Under the pieces are notes generated by a model that saw nothing but the letters and a program-made list of their open reading frames with translations, was not told the origin of the DNA and ran no database searches. A stretch of 64,000 nucleotides of DNA from Candidatus Brennerbacteria bacterium (GTDB lineage: Bacteria; Patescibacteriota; Minisyncoccia; UBA6257; GWB1-50-10). The stretch's first letter is position 1. The number at the start of each line of letters is the position of its first letter. The DNA lies in NCBI GenBank assembly GCA_016183535.1, contig JACPEK010000004.1, positions 73,013 through 137,012 on the forward strand. The letters are read 5' to 3'. The position numbers were made by a program, and so were the translations under genes. Shown here one piece after another: positions 28,149 through 36,509 of this stretch.

Positions 28149-30664
28149 CCGATATTTTTTTCAAGGATCCGCGTTTCACATTTGGCGCCACAGGAGAATT
28201 CTTTGTGCGTCTGTGTTCCATGGTCGGGTATGCCGCGCTCGTTGCGATGACCGCGGCACTCCTCGGTTTTTCAAATGGCCTTTCGCCCCGGGTGCTTGGC
28301 GTGTTGTGCGCTCTCTTCCTTGTTGATCGCCTACTCCACCTGCGAGAAGGGGAACGGGCGCTCGCGGAGTTGAAAGAGGGTCCCGTGAACGTTCGCGAGG
28401 CCCTCACGCCTTCGGCCTATCGCGTATTCCGTCAATCATTCCGCCGCGCATCGGCTACCAGGAAGAGCTTTTCCCTCGTGTTTCTCAAGGAACTGACGCG
28501 CCGTTCCGACATTAAGGAGTCGCTCCGTCGCCTCGGCGTGCAACCCGGCGTGTTCATAAAAACGATAGACGCCGCACTCGCGTCCGAAGAAGGAACGTTC
28601 GGACTATCGAAAGAAGAGCTCGCCAAGGAAACTGCTATGCTCGCGGTGCGAGCGTTCCACGTGGCGCGCGCGACCGAGGAGCGATTCGTGGAGCCGCGGA
28701 ATTTTTTTGCGGCGCTCGCCGCGCATCCGGAAGCTCCCCTCCCGCGCCTTTTCGAGCTCCATAAAATAAGCGCGGAAGATGCGGTGGAAGTCACAATATT
28801 TGGGCGCTTTCAAAAAACTCTTTCCGGCATGCGGCGCCTTCCGGCAGTGCTTGGCGGATTCGCGCATCATACCCGCACGCTTCGCGCGCGCGTAATGAAC
28901 CGTGCGTGGACCGCGCGTCCCACGCCGACTCTCGACCAGTACGGCGTCGATCTCACAAACCTTGCTCACGCCGAACAAGTCGGATTCCTCATTGGACACG
29001 AGCAAGAATTTGAGCATCTCGTCCAGATCCTTGCGCGACCCGGGAAACCAAGCGCACTCCTCATCGGACAACCCGGCATAGGAAAATCCACCATGATTGC
29101 GCATCTCGCTTTCCGCATCATTAAAGATCGCGTGCCCGCAGCGCTTTTCGACAAGCGATTAGTGGCGCTCGATGTGGCGGGAGTGGTGGGAGACGCGGCG
29201 CCCGAGGAAGCGGCGCGCCGCATGAAGACGATTATGGAAGAGATATTAAACGCCGGCAATGTGGTGCTTTCAATCGCGAATGCCCACGAACTTTTCCGTT
29301 CGGCAAAATTCTTAGGCGCGCCCGCATCGGTGGGCATAGATCCCATCGGTATACTACTACCGATATTGCGGAGCGAGGCGATTCCCGTCATCGCGGAGAC
29401 CTATCCGGTTGAATTCACGCGGGTAATCGAGCCGCAGTCTCAATTTATGGAACAGTTTGAAATGGTAGAGGTTCAGGAAATCACTTCCGCGGAGGCGGTT
29501 CGATTTTTGTCATACGCATCGCTTTTTCTCGAGCGGGAGTTTCGCGTCACAGTGACGTTTCGAGCGGTGCGAAAGGCGGTGGAACTCGCCCAACGCTATT
29601 TTCGGCCACGCGTGCTCCCTGGAAGCGCGCTCGATCTTTTGAAGGAGGCACTTGTGAAAACACAGGAGGAGGGTGGGAAACAACTCACCGAATCGCACGT
29701 GATTGCGGTCGCCGAACGGCAAAGCAAGGTGCCGATCGCGGCGGCGGGGGAAAATGAGGCGGAGAAACTTCTCAACCTCGAATCAGTGATCCACGAGCGC
29801 CTCGTGAACCAGGAAGCGGCGGTTACGGCGGTTGCCCGCGCGCTTCGCGAGTACCGGAGCGGGCTCGCCCGCCACGGCGGCCCCATCGCCGCCTTTCTCT
29901 TTGTGGGGCCGACCGGCGTGGGGAAGACGGAGCTCGCGAAAATTCTTTCGAAAGTTCAGTTTGGATCGTCGAATGCGATGCATCGTTTTGATATGTCGGA
30001 ATACCAGACGAAAGATTCTATCGCGCGGTTTCTGGGAAACTCCGACGGATCGGGCGGTCAGGCGCTTACCGATGCGGTGCGCGCGGCGCCATATTCGCTT
30101 ATCCTCCTTGATGAGTTCGAGAAGGCCCATCCGGACATTTTAAATTTGTTCCTGCAGGTGTTCGACGACGGGCGCCTCACCGACGCCTTGGGGCGCGTCG
30201 CGGACTTCACGAACACCATTATTATCGCCACTTCGAATGCCCATTCCGATTTCATCAAAGAGGAGATTGAGAAGGGAAGAAAAAGCGAAGATATCGCAGA
30301 AGAGCTCAAGAAGCGTCTCACCTCCTATTTCAAGCCGGAACTCCTGAATCGATTTTCGAGCATCTCCGTGTTTCGGAATCTGAATCGCGGAGAAATCGAA
30401 GTTATCGCCGGTTTTGTTCTCGGCGAGGTCGTTGGCGCGCTCCGCGAAGCGCATGAGGTTGAGCTCGCGATCGCAAAGAGCGCAACCGCGCAGATCGCCG
30501 CGCTTGGGTGGAGTCCCGCGTTCGGCGCGCGCCCGCTCCGTCAGGCCGTTTCGGAACACGTGCGGGGTCCCTTAGCGGAGAAGATATTGAGGCGGGAGTT
30601 TGTGAGGGGGCAGAGATACTCGCTTGCGTTCGAGGGCGGAGCATTCGTGTTTCGTAATATATGA
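28088..30664 (+). CDS. ClpA/ClpB/ClpC-family two-AAA+ ATPase with N-terminal hydrophobic segments
   Basis: NBD1 Walker A GQPGIGKST. NBD2 GPTGVGKTELAK plus sensor motifs. Two hydrophobic helices near the N-terminus. Start ambiguous (28088 or ATG 28146). Confidence 0.75.
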   Translation: MAPHSSVAPYPCIRAPSSSMTDIFFKDPRFTFGATGEFFVRLCSMVGYAALVAMTAALLGFSNGLSPRVLGVLCALFLVDRLLHLREGERALAELKEGPVNVREALTPSAYRVFRQSFRRASATRKSFSLVFLKELTRRSDIKESLRRLGVQPGVFIKTIDAALASEEGTFGLSKEELAKETAMLAVRAFHVARATEERFVEPRNFFAALAAHPEAPLPRLFELHKISAEDAVEVTIFGRFQKTLSGMRRLPAVLGGFAHHTRTLRARVMNRAWTARPTPTLDQYGVDLTNLAHAEQVGFLIGHEQEFEHLVQILARPGKPSALLIGQPGIGKSTMIAHLAFRIIKDRVPAALFDKRLVALDVAGVVGDAAPEEAARRMKTIMEEILNAGNVVLSIANAHELFRSAKFLGAPASVGIDPIGILLPILRSEAIPVIAETYPVEFTRVIEPQSQFMEQFEMVEVQEITSAEAVRFLSYASLFLEREFRVTVTFRAVRKAVELAQRYFRPRVLPGSALDLLKEALVKTQEEGGKQLTESHVIAVAERQSKVPIAAAGENEAEKLLNLESVIHERLVNQEAAVTAVARALREYRSGLARHGGPIAAFLFVGPTGVGKTELAKILSKVQFGSSNAMHRFDMSEYQTKDSIARFLGNSDGSGGQALTDAVRAAPYSLILLDEFEKAHPDILNLFLQVFDDGRLTDALGRVADFTNTIIIATSNAHSDFIKEEIEKGRKSEDIAEELKKRLTSYFKPELLNRFSSISVFRNLNRGEIEVIAGFVLGEVVGALREAHEVELAIAKSATAQIAALGWSPAFGARPLRQAVSEHVRGPLAEKILRREFVRGQRYSLAFEGGAFVFRNI

Positions 30665-31230
30665 ATGAAGAAAAGTGCGAGGTATCCGCGGGAATGATCA
30701 TCTACCGGCGCACGAAGGAGGGGCCGAAATTCCTCCTCCTCTACCATGGCGGATCGTATTGGAATTTTCCGAAAGGAAAACTCAACGAAGGCGAGAAAAA
30801 TTTTAAGGCGGCGCTTCGCGAGGTGGAGGAAGAGACGGGATTGTCCGGGTGGGATCTCCACTTCAATGATCGGCTTCGCGTGGAAGATCATTTTACCTAT
30901 GTGCGGAACCGTGAGAAAATAAACAAAACCGTTACGTACTACCTCGCGGAAACCAAGCGCGCGGAAGTGAGAGTAAAAGCGCCGCCACCGCACCACGAGG
31001 GAGAACGGCACGAGGGATATGCATGGTTTTTATTTCGGGACGCTCTCAAAATCGTACGAACGCCAAACCTTAAGCGTCACTTAACGCGCGCATATGAAAC
31101 CGTCATTCACCGAAAAAGTTTTCGCGGCGGCAAGAAAAATTCCCCGCGGACAAGTCGCGACCTACGCGGCGCTCGCGCGCCGTCTTCGGAATCCGCACGC
31201 CGCCCGCGCAGTGGGGAACGCGCTCAATAA
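30661..31230 (+). CDS. NUDIX hydrolase
   Basis: Nudix box GKLNEGEKNFKAALREVEEETGL. The C-terminal 45 codons overlap ogt in another frame. Confidence 0.7.
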   Translation: MNEEKCEVSAGMIIYRRTKEGPKFLLLYHGGSYWNFPKGKLNEGEKNFKAALREVEEETGLSGWDLHFNDRLRVEDHFTYVRNREKINKTVTYYLAETKRAEVRVKAPPPHHEGERHEGYAWFLFRDALKIVRTPNLKRHLTRAYETVIHRKSFRGGKKNSPRTSRDLRGARAPSSESARRPRSGERAQ

Positions 31231-31417
31231 AAGTCCCGGCATGGCGCCTCACTTGGCGGCCCGTCACCGGGTACCTTGCCATCGCGTGGTGCGTTCGGAC
31301 GGCTCGGTCGGCGGGTTTGCGAGCGGGACGATGGCCAAAATCGCGCTTCTCAAGAAAGAAGGAGTCGGGGTGGAGAAAGGAAAGGTGGATTTAAAAAAGT
31401 TCAGGAACCGAATCTAA
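31094..31417 (+). CDS. ogt: methylated-DNA-protein-cysteine methyltransferase (C-terminal domain only)
   Basis: PCHRVV active site, HTH. 107 aa. Confidence 0.8.
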   Translation: MKPSFTEKVFAAARKIPRGQVATYAALARRLRNPHAARAVGNALNKSPGMAPHLAARHRVPCHRVVRSDGSVGGFASGTMAKIALLKKEGVGVEKGKVDLKKFRNRI

Positions 31418-31451
31418 AATCCCGCCGGTCCATGGACCGGCGGGATTGTTG

Positions 31452-31796
31452 TTACTTTACGGACTCGACCACCTTCTTGAATACCGTCGGATAATCCTTT
31501 GCAAGCATCGAGAGTATCTTTCGGTCGAGTTTTATCTCTTTCTTCTTGAGCGCGCTTATGAGCGTGCCGTAGGTCATGCCGGACTCCCGCGCCGCCGCGT
31601 TTATCCTGACGTTCCAAAGCGCGCGATACTCACGCTTCTTTTCTTTCCGGCCACGGAAACTGCGGCTCCACGCATGGAGAAGTGCCTCCTTTGCCGCGCG
31701 TTCCTTCGACTTCCTGCCCCACCGGAATCCTTTCGTGTGTTTGAGGACGCGTTCGCGTTTTTTGTGGGCAATAGTGCCCCGCTTTACCCGTGTCAT
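31452..31796 (-). CDS. rplT: 50S ribosomal protein L20
   Basis: MTRVKRGTIAHKKRERVLK start. Confidence 0.9.
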   Translation of the reverse strand: MTRVKRGTIAHKKRERVLKHTKGFRWGRKSKERAAKEALLHAWSRSFRGRKEKKREYRALWNVRINAAARESGMTYGTLISALKKKEIKLDRKILSMLAKDYPTVFKKVVESVK

Positions 31797-31799
31797 GGT

Positions 31800-32003
31800 T
31801 TAAAAATATTTTTTTACGATCTTAGCACCGTCGTCCAATCCTCGCGCGCGCTTCTTTCTCTGGAGTTGGGTCGCGCTTTTGTTTCCGCGTGAGTGGCTAA
31901 GCGCCATCGCGCGGCGCATCACTTTTCCGCGCTTGGTTATTTTGATCCGATTCCTTACGCTTTTTCTTGTCTTCATATTACTAATATGCACGAATGCGTC
32001 CAC
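31800..32003 (-). CDS. rpmI: 50S ribosomal protein L35
   Basis: Basic 67-aa protein between infC and rplT (infC-rpmI-rplT operon). Confidence 0.85.
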   Translation of the reverse strand: MDAFVHISNMKTRKSVRNRIKITKRGKVMRRAMALSHSRGNKSATQLQRKKRARGLDDGAKIVKKYF

Positions 32004-32043
32004 AAATAGCTCTCATTTGAGCTTATTCGTACTCTCATTCGTC

Positions 32044-32592
32044 TCATTTGTGCTTTGCACTCTTTTCTATCTGCATTACGAATCCGCGCCCCGCGAATTT
32101 CGGTTCCATCGTGACGGCATGGGGGACGGGTATCATAAGAAGAAATGCTTTGAGTTTTTCAAGCCCCCACTCCTTTTTCCCCTTCTCCCTGCCGCGGAGG
32201 AATACCATAATCTCAACCTTGTGTCCCTCTTCGAGAAGCTCCGCCGCTTTCTTCGCCTTTACCCCAAGGTCGTTTTTTGCCGCCCGCGGTGTAATGCGCA
32301 CATGCTTCAATTCGACCACTTTCTCCGCTTGCCGTTGTTTTTTCTCCTCTTTTTCCTTTTGATACCGGAACTTGTCGTAGGAAAAAATGCGGGCGACGGG
32401 GGGAGTGGCGGTCGGTACGACCTCAATGAGGTCGTATCCCGTTTCGGTGGCCCTCTTCAACGCTTCCCCGAACGAAAGTACGCCGAGATTCTTCCCGTCC
32501 GCGTCGATCACCCGTAGCTCCCGCGCGGTTATTTGATTGTTGATGCGATAGCGGATGGAGATATGGTAGAGCAGAGCGTGTAAAAAGTAAAT
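32044..32592 (-). CDS. infC: translation initiation factor IF-3 (probable non-canonical AUU start)
   Basis: The track ORF (GTG 32511) lacks the IF3 N-terminus. The in-frame upstream extension encodes ...RINNQITARELRVIDADGKNLG, matching the IF3 N-domain. An ATT at about 32592 is a candidate start, as in E. coli infC. Confidence 0.8.
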   Translation of the reverse strand: MYFLHALLYHISIRYRINNQITARELRVIDADGKNLGVLSFGEALKRATETGYDLIEVVPTATPPVARIFSYDKFRYQKEKEEKKQRQAEKVVELKHVRITPRAAKNDLGVKAKKAAELLEEGHKVEIMVFLRGREKGKKEWGLEKLKAFLLMIPVPHAVTMEPKFAGRGFVMQIEKSAKHK

Positions 32593-32744
32593 GGCCGTCC
32601 AAAAAAGAAAGGCGCTACCGATTTGTGGTGCGCCTTCTAAATTAAGGAAACTTCTCGCCGGATTTATGTCCGGCTCGCTCCGGGCTTTTCAAGCCCGGTT
32701 AGTTTTCTTTTCTCAAAGAATCTAGGATTACTATACCACAATCG

Positions 32745-33428
32745 CTAGTTTTCCGCTGTGGAAAACTTGTGGATTTCGTATCTTGCGAGGAGTGATGAAA
32801 TTTCCCTTTTTACTTCTTTGAAAACCTCTTCGGGAGACAGAGCTCCGTCTACCACCGCGATTTTTTTTCTGAAGGGCCAAAGATTCGCGGCATCAAGATA
32901 GTTCAGACGTACCGTCCGGAGTGTTTCTACTTTCTCAAAGTCCTCTGTTTTACTTCCCCGCAGTTCGACGATGCGGCGCATCGCTTCTTCAGCGGGGAGA
33001 TCAAGGAGAATGGTAAGGTCGGGCCAGATCATCTGCGGACCAACCACGTCCTGGTGGAGTTTTATAAAACTTTCCGGTTTTCGCGCGGCGAGCATACCGT
33101 AAGCAATAGTCGAGAGCGCATAGCGCTCCATAATGCATACCGCAGGTTGCTCCACACTCCCATTTTTGGCGAAAAACGGTTTTATGAAGCAGGCAACGTC
33201 CTCGGCTCGCTGGAGCACGTAGAGGCGCTGGAACTCGAACGGATGCGGTTTTGGAATTTCTCCCTTTAGCATCTTCCGTATCGTTTTTCCGAGGTATGTG
33301 TTATCGTTCGGCTCGCTCAAAAAGAGCGTGTGTGCGGAAAATCCGGCAAGCCACCGCTCGACCATGCTCGCTTGGGTGAGCTTTCCGGCGCCATCAATTC
33401 CTTCAAACGCGATAAGCAGGGGTTTCAT
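32745..33428 (-). CDS. tmk: thymidylate kinase
   Basis: P-loop FEGIDGAGK, DR(Y/F) motif region, LID. Confidence 0.85.
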   Translation of the reverse strand: MKPLLIAFEGIDGAGKLTQASMVERWLAGFSAHTLFLSEPNDNTYLGKTIRKMLKGEIPKPHPFEFQRLYVLQRAEDVACFIKPFFAKNGSVEQPAVCIMERYALSTIAYGMLAARKPESFIKLHQDVVGPQMIWPDLTILLDLPAEEAMRRIVELRGSKTEDFEKVETLRTVRLNYLDAANLWPFRKKIAVVDGALSPEEVFKEVKREISSLLARYEIHKFSTAEN

Positions 33429-33529
33429 TTTTTCCTCCTTTAGGATTTTTAGTTAAACAAACTCTCTCTGTTCTAGCGGAGAACGCAAAAAGCCGCAAGT
33501 TCACAATCTTGCGGCGGGGCGTTTTTGTG

Positions 33530-33849
33530 TGGTGGACATGCCCGGAGTTGAACCGGGGTGTAACGCGTTTTAAGAAAAGCCCTCTACAAGCTTAGATCTC
33601 TTACGAGAACGAACGGTTCGTAATTTGGCCTTTGGCTACTGAACCTGCCTTACCGAAGGCGAGCCTCAAATATTACACCGGTAAACCCCTATGAAGCCTC
33701 GGGAACCGATGTCCTACTTACGCGAAAGCGTAGGCGGGAGCTGCAACTTTAGAGTTGGCAGTTTTAGGTTTGACCATGGATTTACGAGCGAATGGTCGGC
33801 TCGGCCTGCAAGCTAATCCTATTACACGCTATCAAGGCCCGTCATGCCC
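33530..33849 (-). ncRNA. ssrA: tmRNA (ssrA), about 320 nt. Predicted tag ANSKVAAPAYAFA.
   Basis: 3' end CCCGG-TTCAACT-CCGGG T-arm + CATGTCC + ACCA. 5' end GGGCATG pairs with CATGTCC, giving G3:U70. Resume codon GCC at about nt 91 after an A-rich tract, encoding ANSKVAAPAYAFA-TAA. One gene away from smpB. Confidence 0.6.
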
Positions 33850-33922
33850 TGCCCGCATTGCTACGCTGCGCTTGCAAAGCGTTGCAGGCGGGCCTGCGAA
33901 CTTTGCTACGAGCGTATTGCGG

Positions 33923-34168
33923 TTATTCTTCACTTATTCTTCTTTTTAAATATGCCCTTCCGAAACCTGTCTTTAGTGATTTCTCCCGCGCAACCGCGTC
34001 TTCCATCACATTACAGGCTTCGTAGTAAACTAGCTTAAATGGCCGCCGCGTCTTCGTTGAATTCACTAGCCCGCGGTTGTGCTCTTTAAGCCTTTTCTTA
34101 AGGTCAGCGGTAAAGCCGATGTAGAGCTTTCCGTCTTTCGCACTTTTCAGCACGTAGACGTAATACAT
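33923..34168 (-). CDS. GIY-YIG nuclease family protein (stand-alone, YhbQ-like)
   Basis: YYVYVL...GKLYIGFTADLKKRLKEHN motif. 81 aa. Confidence 0.8.
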   Translation of the reverse strand: MYYVYVLKSAKDGKLYIGFTADLKKRLKEHNRGLVNSTKTRRPFKLVYYEACNVMEDAVAREKSLKTGFGRAYLKRRISEE

Positions 34169-34169
34169 A

Positions 34170-34604
34170 TTAACCAGCTCTCCTCATCTCTCGCTCCGTT
34201 TCCCGCTTTTTAATGACCTCGCGCTTGTCGTGCTTCTTTCTCACTCTCCCGAGACCCAACTCAATTTTTACAAGCGCGCGGTGAGTATACACCTTCACAG
34301 GGACAAGCGTCAAACCACTTTCGAGTTTTCCCGTCAAGTATTTGATTTCGGCGTGCGAAAGAAGTAGTTTTCGCGTCCGGGTGGCGTCATACCCGTCGGG
34401 CGCGTTCCCGGGCTGGAATGAGTGAATAGAGGCCCCTACGAGGTATGCCTCGCCACCCCGCACCACGGCGCGGGACCCCGCGAGGTCCATCCGGCCAAGC
34501 TTTGCGGACTTCGTCTCGTGACCCGTCAAAACCACGCCCGCGGCATATGTTTCCGCAATGTCGTAGTCAAACCGCGCCTGCCTGTTTTCCGATAGCGTTC
34601 CCAT
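34170..34604 (-). CDS. smpB: SsrA-binding protein SmpB
   Basis: Conserved SmpB sequence (NRQARFDYDIAETYAAGVVLTGHETKS...). Confidence 0.9.
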   Translation of the reverse strand: MGTLSENRQARFDYDIAETYAAGVVLTGHETKSAKLGRMDLAGSRAVVRGGEAYLVGASIHSFQPGNAPDGYDATRTRKLLLSHAEIKYLTGKLESGLTLVPVKVYTHRALVKIELGLGRVRKKHDKREVIKKRETEREMRRAG

Positions 34605-34653
34605 ACGATTTCAGCGTATCACACGCCGAAGCCATTTTCCTTATACTGAAGCT

Positions 34654-35310
34654 ATGATTGGAATACCACTAAAGACACTCAAAGTACTTATAGCTCTTAA
34701 TCCCGCGTCCATCGCGCTCACCGGTTCTGCGGGTGGCGGGGAAATGGGGAAGCGTAGCGATGTGGAGGTGGCGATCATCTTTCAAGATAGGAACTATGTA
34801 TCACGCCAAGCCCTTCAACGGTTTACATCACACAAACTGAAAATCTATCCATTCCGTTTGCGGGAGGTACTTACGCTTCGTGCTAAACATCCATTCGCCA
34901 ACAAATTCTACTTTTGGTGGCTTTCCCGCAATTCAAAGACCGTGTACGGGGAGAAGATACTGGAGAATTTGCGGGTGAATTTACACGCAAAAGATTTTAA
35001 TGAAACCATTGATTACGCGCGAGGTGTGGCACTATCAGCTATGGTCTCGCTCCGTAATAAAGACAAGGAAACAGCGAGATGGGGGTTTGCGAAGTCCTGC
35101 CTTTTCGCGACTGCCGCCGCCGTGGGGATGAAAAGAAAGTGTACCCCCAGTTCCTATCGGGAAATCGTGAAAATGGGAGGTGTGGTATTTCCGCGCTGGA
35201 AGCATCTCATACGGAAGGCGGAGAACATGCGGCGTGGGAAGGGGACACTTAGCGAGCAGGATATTTTTGATAACATTGAATACCTCCACTCCATACGGAT
35301 GAGCTTGTAG
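34654..35310 (+). CDS. nucleotidyltransferase-fold (MNT-like) domain protein
   Basis: N-terminal GS...DVEV motif (LTGSAGGGEMGKRSDVEVAIIF). The C-terminal half is unassigned. Its last codons lie inside the 62-bp repeat. Confidence 0.5.
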   Translation: MIGIPLKTLKVLIALNPASIALTGSAGGGEMGKRSDVEVAIIFQDRNYVSRQALQRFTSHKLKIYPFRLREVLTLRAKHPFANKFYFWWLSRNSKTVYGEKILENLRVNLHAKDFNETIDYARGVALSAMVSLRNKDKETARWGFAKSCLFATAAAVGMKRKCTPSSYREIVKMGGVVFPRWKHLIRKAENMRRGKGTLSEQDIFDNIEYLHSIRMSL

Positions 35311-35364
35311 AGGGCTTTTCTTAAAACGCGTTACACTCCGGTTCAACTCCGGACATGTCCACCA
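35303..35364 (+). repeat. 62-bp inverted duplicate of the tmRNA 3' end (T-arm/acceptor/CCA); partner at 33530..33591
   Basis: 60/62 identity in inverse orientation to the ssrA 3' terminus. Confidence 0.8.
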
Positions 35365-35382
35365 AACAACTATAATTAAGAC

Positions 35383-36438
35383 ATGGCGCAGATTAAAGTT
35401 GCTATTGTTGGCGTCGGTAACTGTGCGAAAAGCTTTGTAGAAGGCGTGGGGTTCTATACCAAGAACTCGAGCGACGAGGTTGGCTTGATGCATCCCGAAA
35501 TTGGTGGCTATCGCCCTTCCGACATTAACGTTGTGGCCGCGTTCGATATCGATGAAAGGAAGGTCGGAAAGAAACTCCACGAAGCAATTCGCGCTACTCC
35601 CAATAGAACCGTCAAAATCGCGGACCCTCTAGAGTCAAACGTGATGGTGCAAAGAGGCCCAACGCACGACAGCGTTATTGAGGAGATGCGAGAGCATTTT
35701 ATCCATGAGAGCAAAGAGCCGCCGGTGGACGTTGCGGAAGTACTGAAAACTTCGGGTGCTGAAATCGTAGTGAGCTACCTCCCCACTGGGAGCGACAAAG
35801 CCACCTACGCCTATGCGGAGGCTGCCCTTGCGGCGAATTGCAGCTTTATAAACTGCATGCCGACGCCTATCGCGAAGGATCAAAGCTGGAGGAAGAGATT
35901 TGAAGAGAAGGGACTGGTGCTGATGGGTGATGACATTAAAAGCCAGCTCGGCGCGACCATTCTCAACCGTGTCCTTCTCTCGCTTCTCAAAATGAGGGGA
36001 ATCAAGGTCACAAAGTCAGAGCAGGTGAACTACGGAGGGAACGCGGACCACTTCAATCTCCACTATCGGCCGGAGGCGAAGGAGGCATCCAAGGAAGATG
36101 CGCTGACGAGTGTGCTCAGCGAGGGCGATGCAAAGCCGTCGGCGCGGATGATATATACCGAGAAGAACTATGACCACAAGCAAGCGAAAATAAAGATTAC
36201 GGGAGAAATATGGGGGCACATTCCCATATCTATTGACCTCGCCCTTGAAGATGAGGACAGCCCGAATAGTGCGGGCGTGGTCATTGACGCAATCCGCGCG
36301 GCAAAGGCGCTCATTGATAACGGAGAACATGCGAAAGCAGGAGAAGCCTGTTCGTTTTTAATGAAATCCCCGCCAGTCCAATACTCTGACGAAAAAGCGC
36401 TTGAGAGATTTAGAAAAGTAATTGGGTTGGCGACGTGA
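35383..36438 (+). CDS. ino1: myo-inositol-1-phosphate synthase (bacterial/archaeal short type)
   Basis: KVAIVGVGNCA, NVVAAFDID, VSYLPTGS, GDDIKSQLGATI, DSPNSAGVVIDAIRAAK, LMKSPP. These align motif-for-motif with bacterial Ino1. Confidence 0.85.
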   Translation: MAQIKVAIVGVGNCAKSFVEGVGFYTKNSSDEVGLMHPEIGGYRPSDINVVAAFDIDERKVGKKLHEAIRATPNRTVKIADPLESNVMVQRGPTHDSVIEEMREHFIHESKEPPVDVAEVLKTSGAEIVVSYLPTGSDKATYAYAEAALAANCSFINCMPTPIAKDQSWRKRFEEKGLVLMGDDIKSQLGATILNRVLLSLLKMRGIKVTKSEQVNYGGNADHFNLHYRPEAKEASKEDALTSVLSEGDAKPSARMIYTEKNYDHKQAKIKITGEIWGHIPISIDLALEDEDSPNSAGVVIDAIRAAKALIDNGEHAKAGEACSFLMKSPPVQYSDEKALERFRKVIGLAT

Positions 36439-36455
36439 AACTCCACCATGTCCAT

Positions 36456-36492
36456 AAGCTAAAAACCGCTCTAGAAAAGTGGTTTTTAGCTT
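36456..36492 (+). terminator. hairpin terminator after ino1
   Basis: 12-bp stem AAGCTAAAAACC/GGTTTTTAGCTT with a 13-nt loop. Confidence 0.45.
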
Positions 36493-36509
36493 GAGAACAA
36501 TGCATATTA

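Noticed and set aside
33850-33900. Short ORF ...QRFASAA-stop resembling a tmRNA tag, upstream of the tmRNA 5' end
   Set aside because: It lies outside the predicted mature tmRNA (whose 5' end pairs with the 3' acceptor) and too close to any possible 5' end. The tag at nt 91-132 (ANSKVAAPAYAFA) fits canonical spacing.
34990-35364. Possible second tmRNA gene ending at the 35364 CCA copy
   Set aside because: No 5' partner (GGGCAUG/GGACAUG) upstream within 400 nt. The region is the C-terminal half of a protein-coding ORF.
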